Assembly: GCF_018977255.1 (NCBI RefSeq)
Contig: NW_024704742.1
Coordinates: forward strand, 18,974,001-19,038,000
DNA: 64,000 nt
Source: Callorhinchus milii
Lineage: Eukaryota
Reading direction: 5' to 3'
The notes below the pieces were generated by a model. That model was not told where the DNA came from. It saw only the letters and a program-made list of their open reading frames with translations, and ran no database searches. The stretch's first letter is position 1. Each line of letters opens with the position of its first letter. The position numbers and the translations under genes were made by a program. Positions 12,689-25,906 of this stretch are shown in pieces.

Positions 12689-14790
12689 ATACAGAGTACA
12701 TTGACATAAATAAATGGTAGTGTTACGACATCAGTGAGTTGCCAATCCCATTGTTGTGTCATCCTTTGCATACAGAGAGGATCTTCCAAGACTGACTAGC
12801 AAGGCAGTAGTGGCAAACCTTAACTTTGTGTGTACATGACAAGAATCACATCCTCCTCCTCCAAGTGATTATATATTCCACCTCCAGAACTTTCACCGTC
12901 AAATACAGTGGAACCCTGTTAGCAGTCATTTGCTAAAGGTGGCGAGGGATTTAATCTTCACCTGAAAACAAATGGACAGGATTTCAGATTAATAGCTTTT
13001 TTCAAAAAAATAGCACCTCTGACAATACAGCATTTCCCAATACTTCAGTGTCAGCATGGGCAATGAGCTCATGTCTTCGTGTGAGGCTTGAAACTGTATT
13101 GTAAGGCTGAATGTGGGGGAAAGAATTGACCCAAAATTTATGTTAGAAGAGCTCTGTAGTTTTGATCATCAGTACATCTGCACTGCTTTTCACTTTGTAT
13201 CATTTAACATTTTTCCTTCAGTTCTCCTTACTCTACTTTATTTCAAGGTAAGAATATCGAATATGAAAACGGTCATTCATTCAATTCAATTCACTTTGTC
13301 ATGTGGATCCTGAGTCAGAACCCAGTGTGACTTTTCCAATCTTGTTCCTGCCTCAGTCGTATCTCCATACACCTTGCTGAATCTGGATTTAATCAGATTT
13401 CATTGTGACTGTTCCAGCCAAGGCAATCTATTCTACTTGACAGCTCCAAGTGTGGAAAAGTTATTCCTTAGATAAAGTTTCACTTGTGTCTATTCAGTTT
13501 GTAATCTTTTCCACTAGCTGACTTTGCAATAGCCTTCGTTATTTAAAAACAATGAATCACATTTCCCCTCTCACTCTTCTGTTTTTGGGAATGGGATTAA
13601 CTTCCCTGAATTCATCTTTGTTTTTTCCCTCCACCATTCAATCCTGTCAACTACCTCCACAGAAGTGATTCGGTACTGAAATTCTATTTAGCCTTAACAC
13701 GAAAGATCATTTTGTCTTAAAATGTAAGATTATGCAAAAATGTGGAAATTTTTTAATTTGAATGGCTGTAAAATAAAGAACCAGCCTCCAAATCAAGATA
13801 GAATTTAACAATTTTGTGTGCAGCCTTAATTTTTCAGACAAATTTTGTGCCAGCCCTCTGTGGCAGTCTAGGTAATCTGGATTCTGAGGCCTTGGGTCCG
13901 CAGTATTCCAGGGCACTGCTGATGACAGTACAGCCAACCTGGCTCACTGGCAGGACTTGGAAGGGCAGACCAAACACTGGGGCAGGGAATCATCCCACTT
14001 AGCTCCTGTTAACCCTGCAAGCCAAAGCCCTAATGGGTAGGGTGGCCCTCGCTCAACAAGCAGCAGGAAAGCTTGGCAGACAGTGATATCAATGGCAAGC
14101 TATGTGATTTAGCTGTTTAAGTCCAGGAACTTAAATAGGGAATCTGGCCCACGGCAGGCAAAAGGTTGGACCACCCTGACTTAGGCTGTGCCTTTACCAC
14201 CAGCCCAGCGAACAAGGCCTCCCACTGGCTTTCACACAATTGAGCCTGACCTAACTAAATGTACTTCCTCTAGTTTTCTTGAACCTATATGAGGCTAATA
14301 CACCCTGATGCCCAAAATTTCTAATTATTTTAGCCTTAAAACCATTCTTTTAAAATATAGGATTAAACAAAAATGTAGAATATTCTTATAATCTGTATTA
14401 ATTTGGAACCAACTCCAAAATTAAGACTGAATTAAAGAACATGTTATATTTTAGCACATTGGACTGAAGTCTAACAGCATGAGACATTTTAGGCCTCTGT
14501 TTTTATTTTTAATATTGGATTTGAGAATTTTCGAAGTCAGCATATTTTAGACGTTGGATGGCCTGTACTTTGTCTTTGGAAAGCTGAACCAATTGAAGAA
14601 ATCCAAGTTTGTAACAAATTAAATCTGACTGGTCAGATATCAGGCAGTGATCCTTTGGGAAACAAAACTATTTGGAATTTGAAATGCATATTATAGCATA
14701 ACGATTTACAAATTTGACAACAAAATGTTCAAATATTTCCAAGGGCAGTCTCCTCCTGTAACAGATAAATTCATGGTCCGGGTCATTAGA

Positions 14791-15680
14791 TGTCAGCTTG
14801 ACTCAGTTGGTAGCACTCTTAGATAATAATAATAAGGTAATGGGTTCAAATCCCATGTTGGGACTTTGAACTCATAGTCAAGCTTAACACTCCAATGCAG
14901 TGATGGGGAGAGCACTGCACTGTAGATGCTGTTCTTCAGATGCAACGTTCATAGAATCATAGAATTATACACCACGGAAGGAGGCCATTCGGCCTATTGT
15001 GTCGGTACCGGCTCTTTAAAAAGAGCTATCCAAATCAATTCCACTCCTCTGCTCTCTCCCCACGACCCTGCAAACATTAAACTGAGGGCCTATCTGTCTG
15101 TTCAGGTGGCAGTAATGAACCCATGCCAGTAATAATAATAATAATAATAATCCTTGCATTTGATATAGCGCTTTTCACGTCGGGAGGACATCCCAAAGCG
15201 CTTCACAGAACACACTGTAATGTGAATTGACTGTATATTTGTGGGCGAACGCAGCAGCCAATTGCGCACAGCAATGTCCCACGTTTAAACAGTCGTGGAT
15301 TAAAAATGACTAATTTATTATTGTTTTTTTTGGGGGAGGGATTATTATTAGGCGTGTGGAGTAAGGAAACTTGCCCAAGGTTTCGCCCTGCCGGGAATCG
15401 AACCCAGGTCTCTCGCTTGCAAAGCGAGTGCTCTAACCACTGAGCTACAGGACTGAGCTACAGTATTCGAAAAGAGAAGGGATTTTCCAGCAGACAATCC
15501 CCTAGATAAAAAATGGCCATTCTTTTCATAGCTATTTGTTGGGACTTTGCTGAGTGTGAACTGATTGCCATGTTGATCTATAAAATACATTCACTATATT
15601 TCACAGTAAATCAAAGTGAAGCGCTTCGAAACATCAAAGCAATGTAATAAGGCGTTAAAGCAAATGCAAGGATTATTGTT
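14791..15680 (+). mobile_element. Deu-domain SINE split by a CR1 3' tail (~14950-15075, minus) and a tRNA SINE (15131-15463, minus)
   Basis: The Deu-SINE sequence resumes collinearly on each side of both inserts. Confidence 0.75.
15131..15463 (-). mobile_element. tRNA(Ala-like)-headed SINE, short form, young
   Basis: TAGCTCAGTGG A box, GGTTCGATTCC B box, (ATT)n tail. Closely similar to 19497-19820 and 41101-41420. Confidence 0.9.
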
Positions 15681-15725
15681 ATCAACGGTTTAAAAAAGAT
15701 TTTTCGTATCTGTTTTTCTTTGCAG

Positions 15726-15832
15726 ACAACAGTCAGCTGAAGATCGTGCACTCATACCAGCGAATTCCACCAGCAACCTCATCAACAGGTTACTCATCTC
15801 GTATGACCCAAGAATACGGCCAAATTTCAAAG
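15726..15832 (+). CDS. glrb: glrb exon 3: [35 protein letters not shown](G)
   Basis: tttgcag acceptor, G|gtttgt donor, 107 bp, [11 protein letters not shown] motif. Confidence 0.97.
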
Positions 15833-16049
15833 GTTTGTGTTACAAGAGCAACAATAATAGACATCCTAAGCCACCTCAGGCAAACTGTCTTGAGAGAAGC
15901 ATGTTTATGAGAGGATGTTTTACATGGCTTCTTTATTTGTGAGTAGGTAATGGCATAGAAGGGTCCTGGTATTTCTGACAGTATTTGCTTGAGAAGAAAT
16001 CTGGAGACAGTACTCTATGGTTGTAAGTGCGTTTGGGAGGAAAAGAAAA

Positions 16050-17072
16050 CAACAACAACAAAATTACATTTGTATAGTGCCTTTCACGTTGGGAGGACGC
16101 CCCAAGGCACTGGACAGACAAGAGTTACGGACCCAAGCTGAGGGTTGGAGTGGGGGAGAGGGAAGGGCAGGGTGGGAAACAGGGAGACCGAAGACACCGT
16201 CAAAGAGGTGGGTCTTGAGATGGGTCTTGAAGGTGGCGAGGAAGGGGGCGAGACGGAGGGTCTGCGGGATGGTGTTTCAGAGGGTGGGTGCAGAGTGGCA
16301 GAAGGCCCGCCCACCGATAGTGGGGTGAGCAAGGCGGGGGGCATAAAACAGGCCGGAGCCCGCTGAGCGGAGGGAGCGAGCAGGGTGGTAGGGGCTTAGG
16401 AGGTCGGAGAGGTCGGGGGGAAGCAAGACAGTGGAGGGTTTTGAAGGTGAGGCCCAGGATCTTGAACTGTATCCTCTGTGTGATGGGAAGCCAGTGGAGT
16501 TGGGCAAGGATGGGGGTGATAGAGTCATGGAGCCTAGTGCAGGAGAGGACATGGGCTGCAGAGTTCTGGATGATCTGCAGCCTATTGAGGGAGGAGTTGG
16601 GGAGGCCAACAAGCAGTGAGTTTGGATAGTCGAGCCTCGATGTCATGAAGGCGTGTATGAGGGTTTCGGCGGCCTGGGTGTGAGACAGTGTCGGAGCTGG
16701 GTGACGTTGCGGAGCTGGGGGAAGGCAGAGAGGGTCATGGTGCAGATGTGGGGTAGAAAGGATAGTTGAAGGTCAAACATGACCCCAAGGCTGGGACTGG
16801 CTTAGCAAGATGGAGTGTGCAACCATGGAAGAACAGATGAGCAGGAGAGCCTCGGTCTTGTTGACATTCAACTGAAGAACGTTAGCCCTTATCCAGGACT
16901 TGATGTCTGTCAGACATTCTGTCAGTAGAGCAGTGGTCCTGGAGTCAAGGGTGAAGGCAGAGAGGTAGAGTTGGGTGACATCTGCATACATGTGGAAGTT
17001 GAACCCATGTCTGTGGATGATGTCACCAAGTGGGAACATATAGATGTTGAAGAGGAGGGCACCAAGGACAGA
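16050..17072 (-). mobile_element. 5'-truncated L2 LINE with a 10-bp target-site duplication GAAAAGAAAA
   Basis: [35 protein letters not shown] and a (GTT)n tail. TSD copies at 16040-16049 and 17073-17082. Confidence 0.93.
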
Positions 17073-18019
17073 GAAAAGAAAAATGTTACCTTGGTCTGGA
17101 TGTACTCTTATTTATGTAGCCTTTTAGACCTTACAGAATTTGGCTAATTCTTAAATACGACTAGTTGAAGACGTTTTTCTTAAGNTTTTTTTAACAAATG
17201 CAGAGAAACCGATTTCAAAATGAATACTGAATTCAACAATTTGCCAAATTCTACATGTTCTGAAATGCTACATTCATGGAGCAAATCTAGTGAATATGTA
17301 CTGCATGATCCACAATACAAATTTCTTCTTGGTCTGTTAGTATGGTTCATAAATCATTCTAGAATATGGGAGGTGGATCTTAGAATCAGTAAATGGCTCA
17401 CATGCACATAAGACATGGATCCTGACTGGAATTCCATGTTGTCAATCTTTATTTACATGAGTAACACCTTCCATATGGAACTCACAGAAGCCAATGTCAT
17501 AAGGCATTTCTGACGGGCTTAAAACATTTTTTTTTTAAAAAATACATTCCTTGTGCTCAATCATTTATTGTTCTGTTTCTAACACTTGTTACCTGCCTTT
17601 TGTCTTTTTTTAACAAAAAGAAATCCTGGGGATAAATTCAATTCAATAGGTTTACAAATTCTAGATGCTACTTGTTAGACTGGGAAAGTAAAGTAAATTG
17701 TTTGACTTCAATGCTTTGTGTGAAAGATTAATTTATTTTCCGAATTTTGGGACTACTTCAGAGTTAGACTGAATTATTTAAGTCAATTGATCAGACAAGG
17801 ATACAATCCAAAATAATACTTTTCCAAAATCCTTCAAAGCATTGCATTTATTGCTGTATCATTGCATTTGATATAGAGTCTTATCATTCCAGAACATCTC
17901 AAAGCACTTCAGTTGTGTTAAGTGAGGTGACTCTGTATTTGCAGGTGAAGTAAGAGATTTGTTGCAAAGTGTTTTGATCCAAAAATGGCTTTTCAGAAGA
18001 AAACAGCGGTGATTGGAGC

Positions 18020-18340
18020 TTGCCCTTCAGATGAAACATAAAACCAAGGTCACATCTGTTCTGTTAACTCATGTACAGTTTTAGGTCCCATGTCATCATT
18101 TAGCAGAAGAGCAGACCATTTTTCAGGTGTCCTGGCCAATATTCTTCTCATGCCTGATTTCACCAAAACACAAATAGTTTTAAAATGAGTTCATTCACCT
18201 CATTGCTGTTTGTGGGACATTTCTACTGCAGGTTAGTCATTGTATGACAACGGTCACAGCATTTGACAACAATTCGTTGTGTGAAGAAAGTCTTTGACAC
18301 TTTTGGACACTATAAAGCAGTGATTCAAATGTAATTATTA
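18020..18340 (+). mobile_element. Deu-domain SINE fragment
   Basis: TCAGATGAAACATAAAACCAAGG...GGTGTCCTGGCCAATATT...CATTGCTGTTTGTGGGACAT. Confidence 0.7.
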
Positions 18341-19496
18341 TTACTTGTCTCTACAGGCTTATGAGAAAAAAAATCACAATCCTTTGCAATTGTTTCAGTC
18401 CTGTCTTTGAAAATGCACGTTAGATATAAAATGTGGTGCATGTTTGACATGTAACAAAATGCTCCTGGCAAAATAACTTGGAATATCACACATCTATTTT
18501 ATTCTCTTTTTTAACATGCATTGTAGGATGTTGGTTCTAAGAATGCACTGATACCACAGTGAGCTTGGGCTGTTGTTCCCAGGCAGCCCATCAGCTACAC
18601 TGCAGAGGTTTTCGACTCTTCAGATGAAGACCTATATATGAACTGTAAACTCAGCTGGCAGCTGGACATCAGGTTTCCCTGAGGAAGCTAGTACGAGAGA
18701 GGAATATCTGGAAGGGATTCCTTCCTGGACAGCTCAGTGAGCATTTCCCAACCGGTTAATAAGGAGTGATTCCCACAGGATTTGTAGAGATCTTGCCATT
18801 GTTCTACCTTTCCAAATAAGGAAACTACAGTAGAATGATTTCAGGGAATGGTCTTTCAGAAACTATGCACAAATATGGTAATATTAAAAGTAAGACATTT
18901 TTTATAAAAATATGAGGTAATTGGATTTGAGGTAATTCTCTTCTCATGAAAGGCAGAACTCTCATTATGTACTCGGATGCGAGAGGGGTGTGATTTATTC
19001 TGTAGGCTCAGTTTTAATTTTAACTCTTTAAACACACTGTGCAGTACAAACTAGTATGTAATGGTAAATTAATGATAATCCTCATTTTTATTTTCAATGG
19101 ACTGTAACAATCAGTTTCCCTGACTGCATCAATATGACTGGTGCCGATGAAATGATAAATTATAATTTATGACAGTCACTGTTCAAAACAACATCAAATG
19201 ACATTTGTATAGCCCCTTTCACATCGGGAGGACATCCCAAGCTGCTGGTTAATGGGTACCACTGGCTTAGTGTGAGGGGTCGGAGTTAATCTGACTGGGC
19301 AATGAAATATGGGGAGAAACAATACACACATATACAATGCATGCAGACAGACATGGACAAGTAATAAAAAGATGTATGCAAAATACAATTTAAAAAACTG
19401 TAGCTGTTTGTGGGACATTGCTTCATGTAAATTGGCTGCATCATTTGCTAATAAATATAGTTAAAACAACAACAACCTCCACAACTTAGCTTTATT

Positions 19497-19820
19497 GTGG
19501 AGTCCTGTAGCTCAGTGGTTAGAGCACTTGCCTTGCAAGCGAGACACTTGGGTTGAATTCCAGGCAGGTCAGGGCGAAACCTTGGGCAAGGTTCCTTACT
19601 CCACACAGAGCCTAATAATAATCCCTCCAAAACCAAAAACAATAATAAATTGGTCATTTTCAATCCATGACTGTTTGTGGGACATTGCTGTGCGCAATTG
19701 GCTGCCGCGTTCACCCACAAGTCAAAGTCAATTCACTTTACAGTGTGTTCTGTGAAGCGCTTTGGGACGTCCTTCCGACATGAAAAGCGCTATATCAAAT
19801 GCAAGGATTATTATTATTAT
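19497..19820 (+). mobile_element. tRNA-headed SINE, short form
   Basis: GGAGTCCTGTAGCTCAGTGGTTAGAGC head; tail AGCGCTTTGGGACGTCC...AAAAGCGCTATATCAAATGCAAGG(ATT)n. Confidence 0.9.
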
Positions 19821-20585
19821 ATCATGTAATAACATGTGCCAAGGTGGTGGGGTTTAACCCTGAGTTAGAAGTTGCTACTCTGTACAGCATTTATCTGTGC
19901 AACGCTTTGCGATGTTGCAATGTTACAGGCACTGTATCAAAAGCCAAGGATTATTAATATTTTATGAAACATGATTTGAAATTACTATTAACAGGTCAGT
20001 GAGGATGATCTGGAAGTACGTAAATGTCTTTATTAATCAGGACCATCAAGCCAAGCACGATGTATCAAAGGCTTACTATATCAGGGAGTATTAGAACAAA
20101 GGGTAACCATTTATTTTTAGGATATAATGATGAGTGAGATCTGAGTTCAGTAAACTCAACACTTATTGTAAAAACTGCAGGTCCTCTTAAATCTCGTGCC
20201 ATAAACGATTATTATAATAAAGAAATCCGATGGCCTTATGAATTAATCAACAATGAAGCTTGTGTTCTTAAAACAAGTTCAACAGCTCAAAAGTACACAG
20301 AGAGAGTTCTTGTATTGCTACCATAGATTCTACATGCATTGATCAAAATGGTGATCATGAATATTTCAGGATGCTTTGAGTCAGGAGAAAGGACTCAACA
20401 ATGATTCAAGCAGTGAATACTTGTCCTTGATTTCTGTTGCGTGGAACTAAGCCATGCCTTGATTTAAAACCTATCTTAAAAGGAATCTATGGAGGAGAGG
20501 AGAGCCCTGACCTATGTGGTCATTGACTGTAAATATAATATTGTATATTCCTTGAATATCAGGAAATCTTCTGCTTATTTTGTAG

Positions 20586-20653
20586 GTATTCCAGTTGACG
20601 TCCATGTAAATATTTTCATTGCCAGTTTCGGCTCAATACAAGAAACCACAATG
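20586..20653 (+). CDS. glrb: glrb exon 4: (G)IPVDVHVNIFIASFGSIQETTM
   Basis: ttttgtag acceptor, ATG|gtaagt donor, 68 bp. Confidence 0.97.
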
Positions 20654-23614
20654 GTAAGTCCAACGTGATGAGGGAACACCGCAGTGAAAATAAAATGCTC
20701 GGGGAGGAGGGGTGGTGGGGGTGTGGGGGCCGGAAAACAACGTATGATATGATACTGGTGATGTCACAAGTTCAGAAAAGTCCTAAAAAATATGTCCCTT
20801 AAGCAACATGTTTAGGATTTAACATTCCTCCCTAATGCCTGTAAAGTGACTTCTCCCTCCAGGTCTTTGTACAACTGATTTAAGCTGTGTTTGATTTTAA
20901 TATAGGAAGAGAATTTTGCTTTCTGTGTTGCTACAAGTGAATATTTTGTTACTTTTAAAATTATGTTTATCTACAATTTGGTGAAATTGCGCAAATTATG
21001 TGTTTTCTGCGCCTCAAATCAAGATTTTCCCAATCCTGGATTTTCCCAATTCCCAGATTTTCTGAGTCTCTGCAAATCAAATTGTAAGTCTTTATTAGTG
21101 CACTGCTAAATAGTGTTAATCATACTGGGTTGATTTCTCTCTTGTTAGTAAAGTTATCAATCTTGGCAGTAAATCTTATTACTCGCTATTCATTCACCAG
21201 CCTGAGGAGCTATGAGATTCTAATGCGATTTTTGAATTGCAGTGCTGATGGCTAAAGTAAGTAAATTTACTGATAAGTGGAAAGTAATAAACACACACCA
21301 AGAACAGTAATATTACCAGCAAACAGAGCATACTTTCAGAAGGTCCAATTTCTGTAAGTAATACATTTATTTGTGACAAGCGAATCCTGTAGGTACCTGG
21401 ATAATCAAAAGGACAACCTAATGGAAGTCGGTTCAGACATTGATCTCAGTTCCCACATTCAAAATTAATAATAATAATAATTTTATTGTCATCGTGAATC
21501 ATGGAGAATTTTTCTGTTGTCAATGGGGACAGGGTCTTATCATTCACCCATACAGTTACAGACAAAGGAATGTTCCACTGCCGAGGCAGGAGATGCAGCA
21601 ACAGAGCAGAGCTCCAGTGGGTCACTTTTGACAGTTCTGTGCACGATTTTGCTGGTTGCAAATCGACATTTAGAACTGAGGTCACAAAGCACTTATTCAC
21701 ACAGAGGGTTGTGCTGATGTGGGAGCTCTCTCCCAGAAAGCTGTACAGAGTATTCACAAAGTCCCGTTACCCCCATCTTTTTTTTTCCACAATGCACTTA
21801 CCAACAACTGAAACGTGGAAGAATGATAATAATTGTATTTAGAAGTACTTAATTGTAATCAGTACAAGTGTTTAACTGTATTTAGATATTCAGAAGATAG
21901 GTGTGAGCGGCATCATTTTCATGGCAGGTAATGAACCGTTGTCATGTTGGTTGTGACAACTTCTGTAACACGGATGAAGTGAGGAGGAAGTTACTCGCAT
22001 CAGACATTGTTACACTTGATTCATCTGCAACAGAAAATAAAAATTCATTATAAGAAAAAAAAGGAGTTTAACCCCATTTTTAATCACTAGACATGTCTAA
22101 ACAAGAGGTAGGCAGATACGTCGACAGTAGAGATATTAAGGGGTGTGACAATAGGGCTCGATGTTGAATTAAAAAAATCAGTTCAACTCTAATAATTTGG
22201 GCAGAATTGGCCCCATTTTCCCCTGTTTTCCTATGTCCCTATGCCAGTATTTCATTGTCAGAATAGAACTTCTCGTGACATTATTCACGGTGCGATTGAA
22301 AAATCAGACCCCACCCCCATCCCCCTCCCCAATATCAGATGAATCACTGTGATGATAAAGTAACTCTGCAAGATATTTACTTGAATTTTCGGCCTATTTG
22401 GTAGCAAACGGTCATTTAATAAACATTTAAATCATGAAGTCAAAATTAATAAGAGAAGTTTTCAGTCATCTCATTCTGCTATTAGGCCCTGATCACTTGA
22501 GAGTGTACGATGGATCATAATTAAGGACAGTCAGGTAGACTGAACCCAGGCTGTGAGCTTGGTTAAAGTGCCTTCCTTCAATTATTTCACGAAAATTACA
22601 AGTTCATCATTGTAGTAGTATTTTACTTGTTTTTGAGCATGCTTAAATGTTTTGTAGGTTTTGCTTTTATAAACAATATTCTTTGATGTTGTGGGCTGGG
22701 GGGAAGGGGAGATCTAACACAGCTCACGTCTCAGTGACAGCTGTTTAAAATGTTAACTTTTATTAATGCTATCCATATCTCTGCCGTCAGATTTTTGCTT
22801 CACATATAACGTGGTGTGACGAGTCAGAAATTCTTGAGAAACCATCTCATACAGAGTGGTCTTTGTTGTAAAAGATCAAAGACGTGATTGGATGCTGTAG
22901 TTTTACAAATTATGACCACTTATGAATGGAGTAGCCAGGAACGTTGCATGGGTAGTCATATGGAAAGCTAGTGCTGATGGATTAAGTATGTTTGGATTCA
23001 GTAAGGAACCAAACATCTTACTCAGATTAACACGTCATTTTTCAAAAATGAAGGTTTGTGACAAAATAACAAAAAGTTCAGAAATCTTGGGACGAAAAAC
23101 CTGGATGTAATATTCTGGTTCAGTTTTACATGTCTCCTCTTTGTCAATGTCAGTGCGTAATGGTATCTTCCATTACATTCTCCATCGTCAAAATGTAGCA
23201 CTGAATGCAATTTTTCACTGTGATGCTTTGTAAGAGATTTAATGATTGGAAAATTTAGTTATGGGATCAATTATTAAACATTGCATTTTTGCACGTATGT
23301 GTGAGCATGCCCTTGTCACTCTGCACAATGGTTGAGACCAAGGTCCATTTTCAAAATTGGCCTCACCATTTTATTTTCCCATATTATGGCTCTAATTTTT
23401 TTTCCCTGACCCCGAAGCCAGCCTTCAGTGCTGCTTTACAGGCTGTAAATATAATAATATAATAATCCTTGCATTTGAAATTAGCACCTTAGCATCTCTT
23501 CGAGACATCTCAAAGCGCTTCACAGAATATACTGTAAAGTGAATTGACTGTATATTTTTTGTGGGTGAAACATGCAGACACTGGTTAAACCAGTGTCTCA
23601 TGCAAAAGTAGCAA

Positions 23615-24550
23615 GTTGTCTCAGCTGTAAGCAATCTCTTCTATTAGTCAGAAGGTGGTGAGTTCAAGCCCTAGTCTACATTTGTATTCCAAACACCTAG
23701 TTAACCCTAAATAAATCGCCAGTTCAGTGCCAAGTACATGCCACATTTTCGGGAGTACCTTCCTTCGGTTGAGATACTAAACCAAGTTCCTTTATGACTT
23801 TTCAGGTCAATATTAGTATCATCTCATGAAACTATTCAAAAAAGGTGTTTCTCCTGGTGTTTTGGCCAACCATCTTCCATTTGACTTCATGGCGCATTGT
23901 GGGACCCTGGTTTGCTCAAATTGACTGCCACCTTTACCTACAAATACTCAATTACTGCTCTTGAAAATAAATCCCCTGTGAGGCATTTTAAGGCTTTCCA
24001 GCCATATATTCATAGATTCATAGATTCATAGAATGTTACGGCACAGAAGGAGGCCATTCAGCCCATCGAGTCTGTGCCGGCTCTTTGACAGAGCAAGTCA
24101 CTTTCACTATATCAACTTTCATATATCAAATGCAATAATAATAAAATCCACGATTACTATGAGAAAGGAATGGGGTCCAAAAGAGTCAAAAATACAAAAT
24201 ATTATTAGTTCCTGGAATTCTTTTTTTGCTTACAAATATACTAAATGTAGCTGACACTCCAATGCGGTGCTGTGGGGATGCTGCATTGTTGGAGATGCTG
24301 TGCTTCGGATGAAACATCAAATTGAGATTCATCAACCTGGCCAGGTAGATATTAAAGATCGCACGGCATTATTTAAAAAGAGAAGGGAGTTTCTCCTGGT
24401 ATCCTGGCCAACCAACTAGCCTCTCCTCACCCCCCGAAAAAAATGGTTATTCACTTTCTGTCTGTTAGCTGTCAAATGTGCCTACTAAAAGAATTCACTT
24501 TACAGTAATTCCCTTGAAAAGTTTGGAGATGCTATATCAATTGTAAGGAT
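23615..24550 (+). mobile_element. Two tandem Deu-domain SINE copies (~23615-24150 with a CR1 tail insert at ~24009-24095; ~24250-24550)
   Basis: Repeated Deu core motifs; CATAGATT-type tail repeats mark the CR1 insert. Confidence 0.6.
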
Positions 24551-24676
24551 TCTTTATGATAAATTATAAATTCTCATCAAGGAACAGAAATAATTAATCA
24601 TGGAAATGGAATTGTGTTAAATTCCCTGTGCTTTAATCATGAAATATTTACCTGTCTTCAACTGTTGTGTTGATAG

Positions 24677-24906
24677 GATTACAGGATTAATATCTTCCTC
24701 AGACAGAAGTGGAATGACCCCAGACTCAAGCTGCCGACTGACTTCAAAGGATCAGACACACTGACTGTGGATCCAAAAATGTTCAAATGCTTGTGGAAAC
24801 CAGATTTGTTTTTTGCAAATGAAAAGAATGCCAACTTTCACGATGTCACACAAGAGAACATCTTGCTTTTCATCTTCCGTTCTGGTGACGTGCTGGTCAG
24901 CATGAG
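24677..24906 (+). CDS. glrb: glrb exon 5: [17 protein letters not shown]...[11 protein letters not shown]...GDVLVSM(R)
   Basis: gatag acceptor, AG|gtgaga donor, 230 bp; loop D, A and E motifs. Confidence 0.98.
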
Positions 24907-25040
24907 GTGAGATAAACTCTGGACCACAAAAAGGGGAATGCCTCTTTTTTAAGACAACGAAAGTATTTGCTCAAAGCTCTTCAACGTTTATAAATGTTAA
25001 AAAAAAATTGTTTGATTTTTCCTTCTGTTTCACATTTCAG

Positions 25041-25123
25041 GCTGTCTGTAACTCTTTCGTGCCCACTCGATTTGACTCTATTTCCCATGGACACACAGCG
25101 CTGCAAGATGCAATTGGAAAGCT
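25041..25123 (+). CDS. glrb: glrb exon 6: Cys-loop [27 protein letters not shown]
   Basis: atttcag acceptor after a 134-bp intron, T|gtacgt donor, 83 bp. Confidence 0.98.
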
Positions 25124-25606
25124 GTACGTTTCCTAAGGACATACACTGATAGACTGATAAGCAGACAAATAGCCAAATTTAGGTTGTCCGAGATAGATGC
25201 AAGAGTTGATTTACAAACAACTGCAGCTGCAGCTGGCATAAAATAAACATATTCATTTTTTGAGTTATAAATAATATAATTTTCCTGGGCTGTACTAAAA
25301 AAAACTGAGTAAGGGATGTCTGCCCAATTAACATATTAAACAGCCTACAATGGTTTGTGTATGATGTGGCTTTTGATGTTAGACACTATCATACTGGGAC
25401 CAAATACAGCATGAAGATGGTCAGGCACATTTAGCAGTTCTGAACTGAGTATAAATATATCTGGTAGAGTTAATTTTAAATATAGGTAATAATATTTTAT
25501 TGATAGAAAATATAAATAAGGTACAGTATGTCGACGTATATGTGTACAACATTGTGAATGATTATCAAAAAGTACTGCAGAGACCTGAGGCTGAAACATT
25601 TCACAG

Positions 25607-25802
25607 TCTTAGCCTGAAGACTTGTGTAAAAATTAAAGTTATGCAGAATTTGGGAAAATTCTTAAATTCACACTTAATTTGGATGTCAGTTTTGTTAAGT
25701 TCCCCAAAAGGACTGAGGGAAAACTGGCTTCCAAATTAAGACTGAATTCAACAATTTTCCAAGAATCTATATGACTTTGAAATCATGGTCTTAATGCTAA
25801 GA
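25607..25802. mobile_element. Palindromic MITE-like element (TCTTAGCC(T/TG)AAGAC termini)
   Basis: 13/15 terminal inverted repeat with inner TTAAGACTGAATTCAACAATT. A sibling at 59194-59352 has a perfect 13-bp inverted repeat. Confidence 0.6.
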
Positions 25803-25906
25803 TCATTATGACTTTCTGCCTTAGATCGCTGACTATTGTTCAATGAATGGGCAGCTTCATAGATGCATTACTTATCTTGTGTGCTACCATCCTTTTCCTG
25901 TTGTAG

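Noticed and set aside
15380..15453. tRNA-Ala-like gene (also at 19497, 41340, 56885)
   Set aside because: Always fused to a SINE body and tail, with a poor acceptor stem and a variable anticodon between copies; these are SINE heads.
17185..17185. Single N base
   Set aside because: Assembly ambiguity or gap marker at the centre of a palindromic element, not a biological feature; true local length may differ.
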